DNA of 6,618 nucleotides from a virus (Duplodnaviria; Heunggongvirae; Uroviricota; Caudoviricetes): IMG/VR virus record IMGVR_UViG_2534681999_000015; one strand, 5' to 3'. Shown piece by piece: positions 6,072 to 6,618 of this stretch (position 1 is its first letter; each line of letters starts with the position of its first letter). The notes under the pieces were generated by a model. It saw only the letters and a program-made list of their open reading frames with translations, ran no database searches and was not told where the DNA came from. The position numbers and the translations under genes were made by a program.

Positions 6072-6095
6072 CCGATATGGGAATTCCCATATCGG
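6072..6095. repeat. Perfect 24-bp palindrome CCGATATGGGAATTCCCATATCGG upstream of the hok locus
   Basis: The sequence is its own reverse complement, centred on GAATTC. It lies about 30 bp upstream of the inferred hok mRNA 5' end and about 120 bp downstream of the binding-protein gene stop. No T-run on either side. Confidence 0.5.
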
Positions 6096-6122
6096 GCGAA
6101 AACGGTTTGCTGTAACGGCAGA

Positions 6123-6152
6123 GTTAAGTAGGATTGCTGCGGGTGCTTGAGG
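6123..6152 (+). other. 5' leader element of the hok mRNA, complementary to the 3' end (6493-6514); fold-back-inhibition (fbi)-type long-range pairing
   Basis: GUUAAGU (6123-6129) pairs with ACUUAAC (6508-6514); GCGGGUGC (6139-6146) pairs with GCACCCGC (6500-6507); UUGAGG (6147-6152) pairs with CCUCAA (6493-6498). That is 21 bp in total with one bulged C (6499) and a 9-nt internal loop, across about 350 nt. This is the architecture described for plasmid R1 hok mRNA. Confidence 0.5.
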
Positions 6153-6190
6153 CTATCTGCCTCGGGCATGAACACCAACGGCAGATAGAT

Positions 6191-6255
6191 AAAAGCCCCA
6201 CCCGACTATAAATCGAAGTGAGGCCCCTATATGCTCGTCACATATAGATTGCCTC
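6191..6255 (-). ncRNA. Candidate Sok-like antisense RNA antitoxin (boundaries approximate)
   Basis: Expected position for Sok: antisense to the leader and the mok SD/start (6218-6233). On the minus strand a hairpin GCCUCAC...GUGGGGC (complement of 6218-6224 and 6195-6201; contains a G-U pair that is a C-A mismatch on the plus strand) is followed by UUUU (complement of 6191-6194). A possible -35 TTGACC lies at complement of 6269-6274, but no convincing -10 was found. Confidence 0.35.
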
Positions 6256-6443
6256 TTACGGACCGAAAGGTCAAGGAGAAGCAGGCTATGAAGCAGCAAA
6301 AGGCGATGTTAATCGCCCTGATCGTCATCTGTTTAATCGTCATAGTGACGGCACTGGTAACGAGGAAAGACCTCTGCGAGGTACGAATCCGAACCGGCCA
6401 GACGGAGGTCGCTGTCTTCACAGCTTACGAACCTGAGGAGTAA
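6231..6443 (+). CDS. mok-like reading frame (in-frame N-terminal extension of hok; proposed translational-coupling ORF)
   Basis: ATG 6231 with GAGG (6220-6223) upstream. N-terminal extension MLVTYRLPLTDRKVKEKQA resembles the MokC N-terminus as I recall it (MLNTCRVPLTDRKVKEKRA). 70 codons ending at the hok stop, the same geometry as mok/hok. Confidence 0.5.
   Translation: MLVTYRLPLTDRKVKEKQAMKQQKAMLIALIVICLIVIVTALVTRKDLCEVRIRTGQTEVAVFTAYEPEE
6288..6443 (+). CDS. hokD: Hok/Gef-family type I toxin (small membrane protein), 51 aa; closest to HokD/RelF
   Basis: SD AAGGAG (6273-6278), ATG 6288. Product MKQQKAMLIALIVICLIVIVTALVTRKDLCEVRIRTGQTEVAVFTAYEPEE: a single transmembrane helix followed by the conserved RKDLCEV...TEVAVF motif. 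Essentially identical to E. coli HokD as I remember it, with one or two conservative differences. Confidence 0.9.
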   Translation: MKQQKAMLIALIVICLIVIVTALVTRKDLCEVRIRTGQTEVAVFTAYEPEE

Positions 6444-6511
6444 GAGACCAGGCGGGGGAGAAATCCCTCGCCACCTCTGATGTGTCAGGAATCCTCAACG
6501 CACCCGCACTT

Positions 6512-6539
6512 AACCCGCTTCGGCGGGTTTTGTTTTTTC
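6512..6539 (+). terminator. Rho-independent terminator at the 3' end of the hok transcript
   Basis: Hairpin AACCCGC-TTCG-GCGGGTT (6512-6529) with a TTCG tetraloop, followed by TTTTGTTTTTTCT. Confidence 0.8.
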
Positions 6540-6618
6540 TGGTCGTTCTGGTTTACAATCCATCCGTCAGCCTGAACAACTGGCACCTGCTGCGCCAGCA
6601 GAGACAACCGATGGCGCA

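Noticed and set aside
5918-6178. Minus-strand 86-aa ORF spanning the binding-protein terminator and hok upstream region
   Set aside because: It crosses a terminator hairpin and palindromes and has no RBS. The region is better explained as intergenic regulatory DNA.
6227-6421. Minus-strand 64-aa ORF antisense to hok
   Set aside because: Shadow of the hok/mok frame. The antisense function here is expected to be a short RNA, not a protein.
6540-6618. Possible start of a further plus-strand gene at ATG 6611
   Set aside because: Only 8 nt of coding sequence in the window and no clear SD, so it cannot be supported.

Overview
This window reads as the immunity/early-replication region of a lambdoid prophage of the Qin (DicA/DicC) type from an E. 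coli-like enterobacterium, followed by an AT-rich cargo gene and a hok-family type I toxin locus. All family assignments are by eye and from memory; no database search was run. Left to right: (1) the start of a leftward gene of unknown function (<1..218, minus) and a small zinc-ribbon ORF (312..512, plus); (2) a DicA-like HTH repressor (854..1261, minus) divergent from a DicC/YdaS-like Cro-type gene (1338..1565), separated by a 76-bp region carrying three regularly spaced TTAG-N6-CTAA operator-like sites; (3) a YdaT-like (CII-like) gene, a replication initiator with an N-terminal HTH and a C-terminal DnaT-like domain that carries iteron-like ACCCAAA repeats in its linker (putative ori), and a lambda P-like helicase-loader gene that overlaps the initiator by 212 nt out of frame; (4) a tandem winged-helix gene with a strong RBS that is interrupted by an in-frame TAG at codon 18; (5) about 860 bp of ORF-poor, apparently decayed DNA; (6) an AT-rich, terminator-bounded gene for a signal-peptide-bearing ModA-like periplasmic substrate-binding protein with no transporter partner in the window, preceded by a perfect 28-bp palindrome and a perfect TATAAT; (7) an apparently complete hok/mok/sok-type locus (Hok near-identical to HokD/RelF as I recall it) with 21 bp of long-range 5'/3' mRNA complementarity and a candidate antisense RNA. 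The orphan binding-protein gene and the intact regulatory context of the hok locus are the most interesting items. No tRNA, rRNA, CRISPR array or IS element was recognised.
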